Shown here: positions 38,601 to 50,383 of the stretch, piece by piece | Layout: each line of letters begins with the position of its first letter | How positions within the stretch are numbered: the stretch's first letter is position 1 | Origin: Dictyostelium discoideum | Taxonomy: Eukaryota | Direction: 5' to 3' | Assembly (NCBI GenBank): GCA_000004695.1 | Contig: CM000151.3 | Coordinates: 6,784,001 to 6,848,000, forward strand | DNA: 64,000 nt | Notes under the pieces: generated by a model | The model's database searches: none | What the model was told of the DNA's origin: nothing | What the model saw: the letters and a program-made list of their open reading frames with translations, nothing else | Program-made: the position numbers and the translations under genes

Positions 38601-40881
38601 TCACCAATATTTGAACGTTCAAAACCTTTTAAAATTGTCAATACACCATCGAATGAATAAATGTCATTATTTGGTCCTTCATAATCAACTTTACAACTGA
38701 AATCATCTAAATCCTTTGCACCCTTTATCCATTGACATTTTGAAATGGATGATTTCGCTTTTAGATTGGTCTCGCCATCAAGATTTGCAGTCTCTAAATA
38801 TGCTCTACCATCGGATCTTGAAGAGCTTAAACAAATGATATCGGCTGGTAATGATTCACCATTCTTTACATAAATTATATCACCAACTTTAATATCTTCC
38901 CAATGACAACTTTGAAATACTCCAACCTTACTATAATCATTATCAGGTACCATTGGTATATTCTTTTCAGTTTGAATGTATTGTTGTTTAATTGAACCGA
39001 AAAAATTACCTATTCTACTAATGAAACCATTGAATCCACTTTGTCGTCTTTTTAAATCTTCTTTGCTAGCAGTTGGTGAAATAATATAAAATGGTGGTCT
39101 ATAAATTGAAGTTTCTCTACCATTAATCTCTTTATCTTGTTTATGACGTTTTAAATCCTCTGCCAACTCTTTAAATGATGTTACCGCTATAACCACCAAT
39201 AATGGTGTTAGCGAAGATACTGGTCCAACTGGTGAGAATGAAAACATACAAAGTATAACAATTGCCAATGTATAAAGATTTGCTAATCTTGAGAATTGAT
39301 AAAATATTACCTTTGGTATAAATGTAAAAACATTATATTTACTTGTAATAACTTGATTAGTTTTCATAGATAATAATTGTGATTTATCTGTTGAGGTAGC
39401 AACTGAACTTGTTATTTGTTCATTATTATTATTATTATGATTATTATTTAATCCATTATTATTATTGTTATTATTAATAATGTTATTATCATTATTATTA
39501 TAATTATTATTATTATGACCAGATGAGAATGGTGATTTTGGGAATAACTTTTTTAATTTAAAATATTGTTTAATCTTTTCACCTGTTGTTAATTTCTTTG
39601 TAATTGAAGTTGTGGTTGCAATTGCTTTCTTTACATCTGAACCATAGAAAAATATACATCTACTTGCTTTTGCTTGTGAACTACTACTTGATGCTGATTC
39701 ATCTCTTTCAATATCGAAACTACCAACCAAACTTGCAGTCAATAGAATCAATGAATTATCAGATGGATCTTGTAATGATACAACCGATACAAATAACTTC
39801 AAACCTAATAATATACCACCAATTATATTCAATATACATAATAATGAAACAAATAAAACATAACTCCAAAATGCTAATAACTCCTCTGTAAATGGTCTTG
39901 AACTTTGTGTATGTGCATATGTAAACGTCATAATTAAATCTAAAATCGTTGTGCTAAAACATCCAATAACATATAATAATATTAAATATGGTTTCAATCT
40001 TTTTACACCATATGATCCAATTACTAAAAATAATGCTATTTAAATATAATAATAAAAATATAAAAAATATTAATTAATACCCCTGTTTATCTCTGTCTGT
40101 CTGTCTGTTTGTTTGTTGTTTGTTTGTTTGTTTGTTTGTTTGTTTGTTTGTTTGTTTGTTTGTTTGTTTGTTAAATATATATATATAATCTTACCTTGAA
40201 AGAAAATTAATAACATAACATAATATTTCTCTAAAACGAAAATTGGTAAAGCTCTAATTAAATTACCAACGGTTTGAACTGTAATTATATGAGTTAACCA
40301 TTGTCTACCAACTCTCAATGCAATTGCATCTCTTTTTTTTCTTTGAACTGCACTATGTGATGCTTTTAAGATTGCAAGATATTGATCTGGTACTTGTGAT
40401 TGATGTTGTTTATGAATAAATACTTTTGAATTTCTTTGATTGTCGTCATTATTATCTTCATTATTATTATTATTATTATCATCATCATCATCATTATCTT
40501 TAATTATTATTGGTGTATTACTTTTATTTAAATCTGATTCTTTATCTTGTTTTTTCTTAAATATATTTCTTTTACTCTTTTTTTTATATTTCTTTTTATT
40601 ATTACTGTTATTATTATTATTATTACTATTATTATTCTCGCTATATACATCATTACCATTATTATTATTATTACTATTTGTATTGTTATAACTATTATTA
40701 CTATTAGAATTATTATTGGTATATGGATAATTAATATGATATGGTGAATTTGGTAATGAGTTTAATGGTACAGATGAAAATAGTTGTGAACTTTCAGTTA
40801 AATGAGGATTTATATACCCATTATTATTATTATTATTATTTTGTTGTTGGTGTTGTTGATGTTGTTGTTGATATTGTTGAT

Positions 40882-40915
<34 letters not shown>

Positions 40916-41311
40916 ATATTTTATGTTTTTTGAATCGCTTTCTAAATCGACATGTTCTAAATCTGTATGTTGTGTAAGTGTTTGGTTGTGAGCATCATTA
41001 TTTATATTACCATAGATAGTAAAATAACTTTTATCACTTGCACCATTATTATTATTACTATTATTATTACCACTATTATCATTATTGCTATATATCTCTT
41101 GTTGTTGTTGTTCTTCAAAAGTATCTTCTTCGTAACCCATTCCTTGAAGTAATGGATTATTTGATCTTGCACTATTAGTGCTATCTAAAAGGTCATATGA
41201 TACACCCCCATTTAATATTGCACTATTATCTGTTGTTGACCTATACTGTTGGTGATGATTTTGTTGTTGTTGTTCATTATTATAATGGTAATCACCATTA
41301 TAATTTGACAT
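35663..41311 (-). CDS. P4-type phospholipid-translocating ATPase (flippase) with a very long N-terminal extension; join(35663..40035,40195..41311), about 1,829 aa
   Basis: The core carries the P4 signatures ITSKYNVFTFIPKVIFYQFSRLANLYTL, DKTGTLTCNEM and GDGANDVPMIQKAHVGVGISG. Its ORF has no ATG at 39997 (the TTG there is a track artefact) and continues upstream. Acceptor TTTAAATAG at 40036-40044 and donor G|GTAAGA at 40195 join it in frame to the 40195-41311 ORF (MSNYNGDYHY..., poly-Q/N/H-rich). The 159-nt intron carries a (CTGT)4(TTTG)n microsatellite. Confidence 0.85.
40083..40172. repeat. (CTGT)n-(GTTT)n tetranucleotide microsatellite in the flippase intron
   Basis: ctgtctgtctgtctgtttgtttg... 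is visible in the sequence. Confidence 0.9.
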
Positions 41312-41750
41312 ATTTAAACTTGTATTTGTATATTAATTATTGCTATTTATTTATTTTTTTTTTTTTTTTTTTTCTTTTATTATTATTATTATTATTATTA
41401 TTACTAATACTACTATGATACTACTAAAATTAAAAAATAAACATATTAATTTATGATATGTATCATAATTTATTTGTTAGAACCTGAAAATTTTATGATA
41501 AAGAAAAAAATAAAAAAATAAAAAAATAAAAAAAAAATTGAAAAAAAAAAAAAGGAAAAGGCGCCTGGGTCATTATTATAAGAAAAATTTTAAAACTATT
41601 TACATACCAATTTATTAATTTATGATAAATAAATAAATAGATATTATTATTATAAATAAAAAAAAATTTATATTATTTTTATATGTGATTTTTTTTATAT
41701 ATGTTGGTGTGGGTGAATGAATTTGAACAAATTTGCAATAAAATCGTCTT

Positions 41751-41782
<32 letters not shown>

Positions 41783-42245
41783 TTATGGGTGGTGTCGTGG
41801 TTGAAGTGAATAAAATAAAAAAAAAATAAAAAATAAACAAAAAATAAACAAAATATGAATCTTTGTAATTTTCTATGTTAAATTGGTGTGTAGGTTATAA
41901 CTACTAAGTTATTCTGAAGTAAAAAAAGAAGCAACTTGAAAAAAAAATAAAAAAAAATTATAAAAAATAAAAAAAAAAAAAATATTAAAAAAAAAAAAAA
42001 ATAAAAAAAAAAAAAAAAACTGCAAAATATTAAAAAAAAAAAAGCAAAGTAATCGACTTTGATTTTTTATATTTTTTTTAAATTTTATTTTTTTAATTTA
42101 AATTTTATTTTTTTAATTTTTGATCAAAAACCTTTTAATCGATTCACATTGTATCTTTTGCTGTTAAAATTAATTATTTTTTAAAATCAAACCTAATTTA
42201 GTGATTTTAATTTAATTTTTGATCCAAATATTTCTAAAAGAGATA

Positions 42246-42287
<42 letters not shown>

Positions 42288-42347
42288 TTTTTCACACTCC
42301 TTTGGGTATGAATATTTATTATATATTTAAATTAAAAGACACTACCC

Positions 42348-42387
<40 letters not shown>

Positions 42388-42554
42388 ATAATTATTATTA
42401 TTTTATTTCCAACTTTTTTTTTTTTTTTTTAATTTTTTTTTATTTTTATTTTTTTTTTTTTTATTTTTTTTTTTCCATTTAAAATTTTTTTTTTTTTGTT
42501 TTTTTTTTGTTTTTTTTTTTTTAAAAGCTAAATGAGTAGAGAGAGATAATAAAT

Positions 42555-42777
42555 ATGTACTCTACTCAACTTAACATTGATGAAGACCTTGGCAATGATT
42601 ATAATATTAATTTAAATAACATTGGCCAATGTGAGGTAGATAGTATTTATTATCAAAATCAAATCAAATCAAAATCATCATCATCATCATCATCACCATC
42701 TCCACACCATCTACAACTACACCATCTAAACAATTCACACATTCAACACCAACAGCAATACCACCACAATAGCCACC

Positions 42778-42809
<32 letters not shown>

Positions 42810-43869
42810 CAACAACAGCAACAGCAACAACAACAACAACAACAACAACAATACCACCAACAACAAATACATCAACAACAATATCATCAACAACAACCAC
42901 CACAACCACCATTTTCAACACCAAATAGAAGAAGATCGATTCCACCAACTACTACAACGACAACGACTACAACAACTGCAAATAACACTCCAGTAGGATT
43001 AAACTATCAATATGAATCAGTAAATAGTTTTAATAATAGAATAGAGTCATCCCCAACACTTTCGTCATCCAATCATAGTAACGTTAGTGGCTATAGCATG
43101 AATCCAAACAATTTGAATTGCACACCACTATACAGTAGTTTCAATAGTAGTGGATTTAGCACAAATACCTCTGACTATTATACACCAGTTACATCATCAA
43201 CATTTAATATAAATCCTAGTCCAACTAATAGTATTAATATACAACAACAACAACAGCAACAACAACAGCAACAATATCCATCATATAAAAATAGATTATC
43301 ATTTTCAGGTTCACTCTCTCCAACTAATCAATTTAATATTAACATTAATAATAATAATAACAATAATAACAATAATAATAATAATAATATAAATAATACC
43401 AACACCGTTTTAAAAAGATCTAGTTCTAAAGGTTCATTGGTTACTCCAACTACCACTCCAAATAATAAAGGTAATAGTATAGTTCATTCTAAAAGTACTC
43501 AATCTTTTAATTGTTACTATAATCAATCACCACCATCACCACAACAACAACAACAACAACAGCAATATTCAATATATAATCAACCACCACAATCACCACC
43601 ACAACAAAAACCACACTATGGATCATCTTCAACACCAAATCCACAATTGATATTACCAATATCATCACCACAACAACAACAGTTCCGCCATCATCATCAT
43701 CATCAACAACAACAACAACAACAACAACAGCAACAGCAACAACAACTCATCCAATCAGCACCACCTTCAACACGTTCAAAGATTAAGAAGGCACCTTCAT
43801 TTTGTGGTTATCCACCAAGATCAATTTTATTAGACTATTTTTTCATTGTAAGATGATGCATCCTATATA

Positions 43870-43916
<47 letters not shown>

Positions 43917-44161
43917 GAAAAAAAAAAAAAATTTTTTTACTAACTTGATTCTTCCAATTCAGATGGATTATACTCAAACTCATGAAACTTCAAATGTAGT
44001 AGCACTAGAATTATCAAATTCAAATATTAATTCTGTAAATAATGAAAGATTCGAATTGTTTAATAAACTTATTTATATCGATTTAAATAACAATTTTGTA
44101 CAGTAAGTTATTATTTTTATTTTATTTTATTTAAAATACAACCTTGAATGATTTATTGATA

Positions 44162-44195
<34 letters not shown>

Positions 44196-45323
44196 TTTAA
44201 AGCATTTTCGTCAATTCCTAATTTACAAGAATTATATTTATCAAATAATAGAATTTGTGATCTAGAATTTAATAATAATAATTTAAAGAGTAATAGTTTA
44301 AAGCCAACCAATGGTTTTGGATTTCAATTTTTAAAGAAATTAGATTTATCAAATAATCAAATAAACTCTTCAAATATGATTCATTTAATGAAACTTCAAA
44401 ATTTAGTTTGTTTGAATTTATCATCGAATGAGATTGTCACACTTCCTGATAATATGTCTTCATTTTCATCACTCGAGACACTTTATCTTGAAAATTGCCA
44501 CCTCTCTTTAAAAAATTCAACTTTATCAAGTTTATCAACAATACCAAAGTATGTATCATTATATATTATTTTTTATAAAAAAAAAAAAAAAAAAAACTTT
44601 TAAAATTTATACTAATATTTTGTATTATAATGTGCATTAATATCAATAAATTAAAAAAGTTTAAGATTATTAAATTTAAATGGAAATCAATGGGATAGAA
44701 TTTTACCAATTGATGGTGTTTTTAAATCATTAAATGAAATATCACTTTGTAATAATTTCATTTCAAATTTATTTAATATCGCAAATTTATATCATACATC
44801 TTATCCATTGTTAACTCGTGTTCAATTATTTGGTAATCCAGTTGTTGATCCAAGAATTTTTCAACCAAATTTGGATTCTTTAATTTCAAGTATACAAGTT
44901 AATAAAACTATTCAATTCATAACTACACAACCTCCATTTTTACTTTATTCAAATATAAATCAAAAACCACAACCACAACTACAACAACAACAACAACAAC
45001 AACCACAACAACAACAACAAACACAACAATCTAAAAGAAAATTACCACCTCATAAATCACAATCTTCACCATCTATCAATAGATCATCACCAATTAAACA
45101 ATTGGAAGATTTATCTTCAGATGCAGCATTATTTTATAATTATCAATCATCTCCATCACAACACCATCATCAACAACAAATACAACAACAACAGCAACAA
45201 TATTATGATTTAAATGATTATCAAAATTACTTTAGTACAAATGAAGGAAATGTTATTATTATTAGTAATAATCCATCTATAAATGAATTAAGTTTAAGTG
45301 ATCTCACAATAAATGATAGTTAA
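42555..45323 (+). CDS. poly-Q/His-rich leucine-rich-repeat protein; join(42555..43847,43963..44102,44195..44548,44660..45323), about 815 aa
   Basis: Exon 1 is low-complexity Q/H/N/T-rich and ends at ATT|GTAAGA. Exons 2-4 (MDYTQTHETSNVVALELSNSNINSVNNERFELFNKLIYIDLNNNFV / ...LQELYLSNNRICDLEF...LKKLDLSNNQINSS...LVCLNLSSNEIVTLPDNMSSFSSLETLYLENCHL / LLNLNGNQWDRILPID...LFGNPVV) are canonical LxxLxLxxNxI LRRs. Donors are CA|GTAAGT and AA|GTATGT. The ORF track shows the pieces 44376-44603 and 44808-45323. Confidence 0.6.
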
Positions 45324-45934
45324 TACAAAAAAAAAAAAAAAAAAAAAGTAAAAAAAAAAAGTAAAAAAAAAAAAAGAAAAAAAAAGTAAAAAAAAAAGAA
45401 AAAAAAAAAGACCAACCAAAAAGAAAAAAAAAAAAAAAACCAATAAGGAAAAAAAAAAAAAAAAAAAAAATTCTCTTTTTTAAATTATTAAATAAAGCTA
45501 AATGTATTAATATAATAATGGTGTAAGAATAATAAAAGAAAAAAAAAAAACTGGAAATTATTTTAACCCGCAATTCAAAAAAAAAAAAAAAAAAAAAAAA
45601 AAAAACAAAAATTGAAAATAAGAAAAAATTAATAAAATTTTTTAACGATTTTTTTTTTTAAAACTACAAATAAGAATAAAAACTAGACTGTTTGGTGATT
45701 GAAATGAATATTTATTTATATTTTTTAGTTTTTTTTATTTATTTTTTTCAAAATTATGAAAAAAAGTGGAAAAATCTATTTCTTGAAGAAATTAAAATTA
45801 GTATTGCGTTGGTGAGTTATCGAATGAACATCGGTGCTTGTGATCGTCAAAATCAACGTATAAAAAAAGAATTTTATTTGGGTCATAATAAAAAATGGTA
45901 TTTAACTGTGTTTTGGTATATCATTTTAAAATCT

Positions 45935-45972
<38 letters not shown>

Positions 45973-45982
45973 CATTTTTTAT

Positions 45983-47106
45983 TTAAAGCTTAATAATAAC
46001 TTTACCAATGTTTTTATTGCTTGTTTCAAATATTTTAATAAATGATGGAATAATTTGATCAAAACCATTATTAATTACATGTTTTTCAATCATTTTACCT
46101 TCTTTTAACCATTTTGATAAATGTTGGAAAGCATCTTTATAATCTTCATCAGAATAATCAAATACTAAGAAACCTTGCATTGTAATTCTTTTTTCAAACA
46201 CTATGTATTGTGCTCTTTGTCCAATATCATCTGTTACTTTTTTATTGTAAACGGATATGGCGCCACAACAAGCAACTCTTGCATGAACATTCAAAAGTAA
46301 GAGAATTGGATCAGATACTTGGGAGAGAGAGAAAAGAAAAAAAAAAAAAAAAAAGTTAGATTTTAGAAATTTTAAATAAATTAATTATTAAAAATTATTA
46401 AAAATATACCTTCACCACCAACATTTTCATAAAAGATATCAATACCATTTGGGCATGCTTTTTTTAAATCTTCAGCATATGTTGGACTATGGTAATTTAA
46501 TCCAGAGTCAAAATGGAAATCATTAATAAGTGATTTTGCCTTTTCATCAGAACCACAAATACCTACAACTCTTAGACCTAGGATTTTACCAATTTGTCCA
46601 ACGGTGGTACCAACTACACCAGCTGCTGCATTAACAACTAATGTTTCACCTTTCTTTGGTTTACCAATTAAAACAGTTCCATAATATGCAGTAACTCCAG
46701 GCATACCACAAATTCCCAAGTAAGCTGATAATGGAGCAATATTTGGATCTGCCATTAAAATCTCTTTTGAAACTTTAACAATTTGAATTTCTTTCCAATC
46801 GAAATATCCGGAAACATGATCACCTTCTTTAAATCTATCACTTGTTGATTTTAAAACTTTACCAATACAACCACTATTAATTGGATCATGTAATTTAAAT
46901 GGATCAACAAATGTTTTCTTACTATTCATACGGGCACGTAAATATGGATCTACACTGACATATTCTAATTTTATCATAATTTGATCTTTTTCCATTTTTT
47001 GATTTTCATCAAATTTACATGTAGTAATTTTAAATTGATTTCGATCTGGCATACCATTATCTCTTTCAAAATATTTGTCTAATGTAATTTGCTTAATTTC
47101 TGTCAT
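45983..47106 (-). CDS. NADP-dependent oxidoreductase of the MDR superfamily (prostaglandin reductase/LTB4 12-hydroxydehydrogenase-like); join(45983..46316,46410..47106)
   Basis: Exon 1 ...GETLVVNAAAGVVGTTVGQIGKILGLRVVGICGSDEK...IDIFYENVGGE carries the nucleotide-binding AxxGxxG motif and ends at G|GTATAT. The acceptor is CTCTCTCCCAAG. Exon 2 is VSDPILLLLNVHARVACCGAISVYN...GKVIIKL. The junction ENVGGE|...ICGAIS.YN is collinear with PTGR1. Confidence 0.8.
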
Positions 47107-47161
47107 TTTAAATTAAATAAAGTATTATTTAAAAAAAAAAAAAAAAATTTTAAATTTGTTT

Positions 47162-47192
<31 letters not shown>

Positions 47193-48639
47193 GTATTACT
47201 ATTTAAAAAATTTTCAATTGCAAGTTCAACACACTCACATAACTTTTTTTATTCATGGCTTGTAGCAAATAATTTTCCACAAAAATAAAAACCCACAAAT
47301 TACTGAAAAATAAATAATTTTATTCTCATCAATTAAATAATTTTTATTTTTTATTTAATAATTTTTTTATTATTTGTCTATTTTTTTTTTTTTTTTATTA
47401 TTTTTATTTTTATTTTTGTTGAAACTATTAATTTTCAAATTTGATATTATAATTTTATTAATTTTTGTTCTATTATTAGGTTATATATTATTTTAATGAT
47501 ATTTTTGTAAAATTATTTGAAAATAATGTGGTGGTATTCAATAAATAAAAAAAAAAAAAAAAAATCCAAAGATTAAGATTTTGTTTGATTATTTTTTTAA
47601 AATAGCTATGTCTTAAGATCTTAATTTGATGTTAAGAAATATCACTTCGATTTTAAAGAAGGTATTTTATTATTATTTTAATAAAAAGAAATCAAATTAT
47701 TACAAAAAAAAAAAAACAATACCGGAATGTAAAATATTGTTAGGTTGCGTCATATTGGAATTTAATAAAATAACATAATTTTTGGAATATTTTTGTGGTG
47801 TTTTTTTATGTACTCACAGTTAAGTTTTTTATTTTTTATTGGGTGTGTGTGTGTGTTTTTATTTAAATTTTTATTTTGATTTTTTTTTATTTTTTTTTTT
47901 TATTTTTATTTTTATTTTTAAATGAACTAAATTGTTCGATTAGGTTAAAAAGAAATTATTGGTGTTGATTAATTTTTATCTTCAATTTTTTGAGAGAGTT
48001 TAAATAAAAAATAAAAAAAAAAAAAAATTATTGTGTGGGGCAACATATGAGTTTTTTTTGTTGTGGTCTTATTCGTTTAATTAAAAGAAGTTATTTTTGA
48101 AATTTAAAATAAAGAAACAATTATTTAAACATTATTATGAGCTTTCTGTTCCATAAAAGTAATAAAATCTGTTAAGTATTAAATTTTTTATTTTTTTTAT
48201 TTTTTATTTTTTTAATTTTTTTTTTTAAATTAATTGGAAAAAAAAAAAAATATAAAATAGGGACTTTTTTTTTAAAAAAAGCCTTTTGGATTGTCATTTA
48301 TAAACAAATGTATTTTACATATTAAAATATTATTTTAATTTTTTTTTTTATTTTTTTAATTTATTTTTATTTTTATTTATTTTTTTCTTTTTTTTTTTCT
48401 TTTTTTTTTTAAAAAACTATAAATTAATTTTTTAAATTATTTTTTTTAATTTTTGTTAGTTAAAAAAACATTTAATTAAATAAAAATCATTACAACTGTA
48501 TTAATAATAAATAAATAAATAAATAAACTTTTTTTTTATATAAATTAGTAAATAAAAAAAAAATTTATGACTTTAAACAAAATAAATAAAATTATTTTTA
48601 ATTATAATAAAAATAAAAACAATTCAAATTAGCGAAAAA

Positions 48640-50218
48640 ATGATAAAAGTAAGTTTATAATTATAATTATTTTTTTTAATTGTTTTTTTTTTTTTTATTT
48701 TTTTTTTATTCTTATAATTTTTTTTTAATTTATTTAAAAATAATATTTATTAATTAATTATTTTAAAAGGGATCAAGTATGGTTTTAAAAGAGCTCTCAA
48801 GTGGAGCTTTAAGAAGAGGATCAAAGGAATTTATTTCAAATGTACAAAGAAGAAATTCAATTTGTGGACCATGTATTGGACTCGATTCAAAGCAATCACT
48901 AACTTCAACATCTAAAATGTTTTCGGATGATTCAATTGGTTCAATTTTAGAAAATTCGACAAATATTCAAGATTTTCAAGATAGTTTTCAAAAACCTCAA
49001 CCATTTCCAGTAAGAAATAATTCAATTTCTGGAATTATAAATTCAATAAAGAATGAAAAAATAAAAAATTTAAATCCATTAACTTTTCAAAATAATGGAA
49101 TTGTAAATAATGGAATGTACGATATGAATAGAAGATTCTCAATTGACCCTCTTTCAATGAGTAATTATTATTATTATTATTATTATTATTTATTTCTTAA
49201 TTCTATTATTTTCATTTCTCCATTATTTGTTAATTAATTCCAAAAATTTCTTTCTTTCCTTTATTTCTTTTTATTTTTTTTAAAAGGTTCAAAAAGAGAG
49301 ACTAATAATAATAATAATTTATTTCCAAATGGAAATTTAGGAAAATTTAAATCTTTTAATCTTGGTAAGTAATTTTTTTTTTATTTTTTTTATTTTTTTT
49401 TTATTTTTTTTTTTTTTTAAAAAATTAATAATAATTAATTTTTTTTTTAAATAAATATATCAATAGATGAAAGTTTTATTGAATTAGAAGCAGAATCAAC
49501 ATTTAATAATGTTTGGGGTGAATTAGTAACAAAATATGGATTAGAGAATTTAGAATTCCCAAAAGAGATAACATTTTTAGCAGGAGCACCTGGATCAGGT
49601 AAAGGTACGAATACAGAAGTTTTAATGAATGCATTAGGAGTTAATGAAGAACCAATTGTGATGAGCTCATTATTGAATTCACCAGAATGTATTGAAATAA
49701 AGAAACAAGGTGGATTGGTTAATGATAAAGTTGTATTAGAACTTTTATTGAAAAAATTAAGTAAACCCGATTATTTATGTGAAAATCAAGGTCCAAAGAA
49801 AGGTGTTATCATCGATGGTTTCCCACGTTCTGCCAAACAAGTTAAATTTGTAGAATTACTCTTTGATAAACTAGTTAAAATTAGAAAAACAATTAATCCA
49901 AACGCTTCTTTACCACGTTTTAGAATTAGTGTTTTACATGTAAGTGAAGAAGAATCTGTAAAGAGACAATTATCTCGTGGAGAATATGCACTTAAAGAGA
50001 ATCAAATTAGAAGAGATAAAAACTTACCACTTTTAGAGATTAGAGATACCGATATCGACCCAAATGCCTCTAAAAAACGTTATACCTTGTATCAAGAACA
50101 ATTCAATCATTTAAAATCTTTAGAAGATAAATTCGATTTTGATTTAATTGATGCAAATGGTACTTTAAAAGATGTACAAAATACAATTAAAACCTCTTAT
50201 GCTAAATTACAACCACAC

Positions 50219-50224
<6 letters not shown>
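48640..50224 (+). CDS. adenylate-kinase-family (NMP kinase) protein with an N-terminal extension of about 160 aa; join(48640..48648,48770..49160,49277..49354,49467..50224), about 410 aa
   Basis: Possible micro-exon ATGATAAAA|GTAAGT. Exon 2 is (GSS)MVLKELSSGALRRGSKEF... Exon 3 is a short Asn-rich segment. Exon 4 carries the NMP-kinase P-loop FLAGAPGSGKGT, GLVNDKVV, the IIDGFPR motif and a LID-like region. Donors are ATG A|GTAATT and CTT G|GTAAGT. Acceptors are TTTAAAAG and ATCAATAG. Confidence 0.65.
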
Positions 50225-50249
<25 letters not shown>

Positions 50250-50383
50250 TAAATTATATACACATTAAAATTTTTTACCGATAAATATATTAAAATTAAT
50301 TATTCTATTTTATTCTTTATTATTTTTACAAAGTTAATTTCGAATAATATTGATTTAATGCGTATTGGTTTTTACTAATAGTT

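Noticed and set aside
39997-39997. Apparent Met start of the flippase ORF and of 27742, 44808 and 60634
   Set aside because: The nucleotides there are TTG. The ORF track evidently accepts alternative starts. The real CDSs continue upstream via splicing, or (at 27742) begin at a downstream ATG.
45800-45870. GC-rich 70-nt stretch (gcgttggtgagttatcgaatgaacatcggtgcttgtgatcgtcaaaatcaacg) between two convergent 3' ends
   Set aside because: No ORF in either strand exceeds 30 codons and no obvious secondary structure was found. It is plausibly 3'UTR or terminator sequence of the neighbouring genes.
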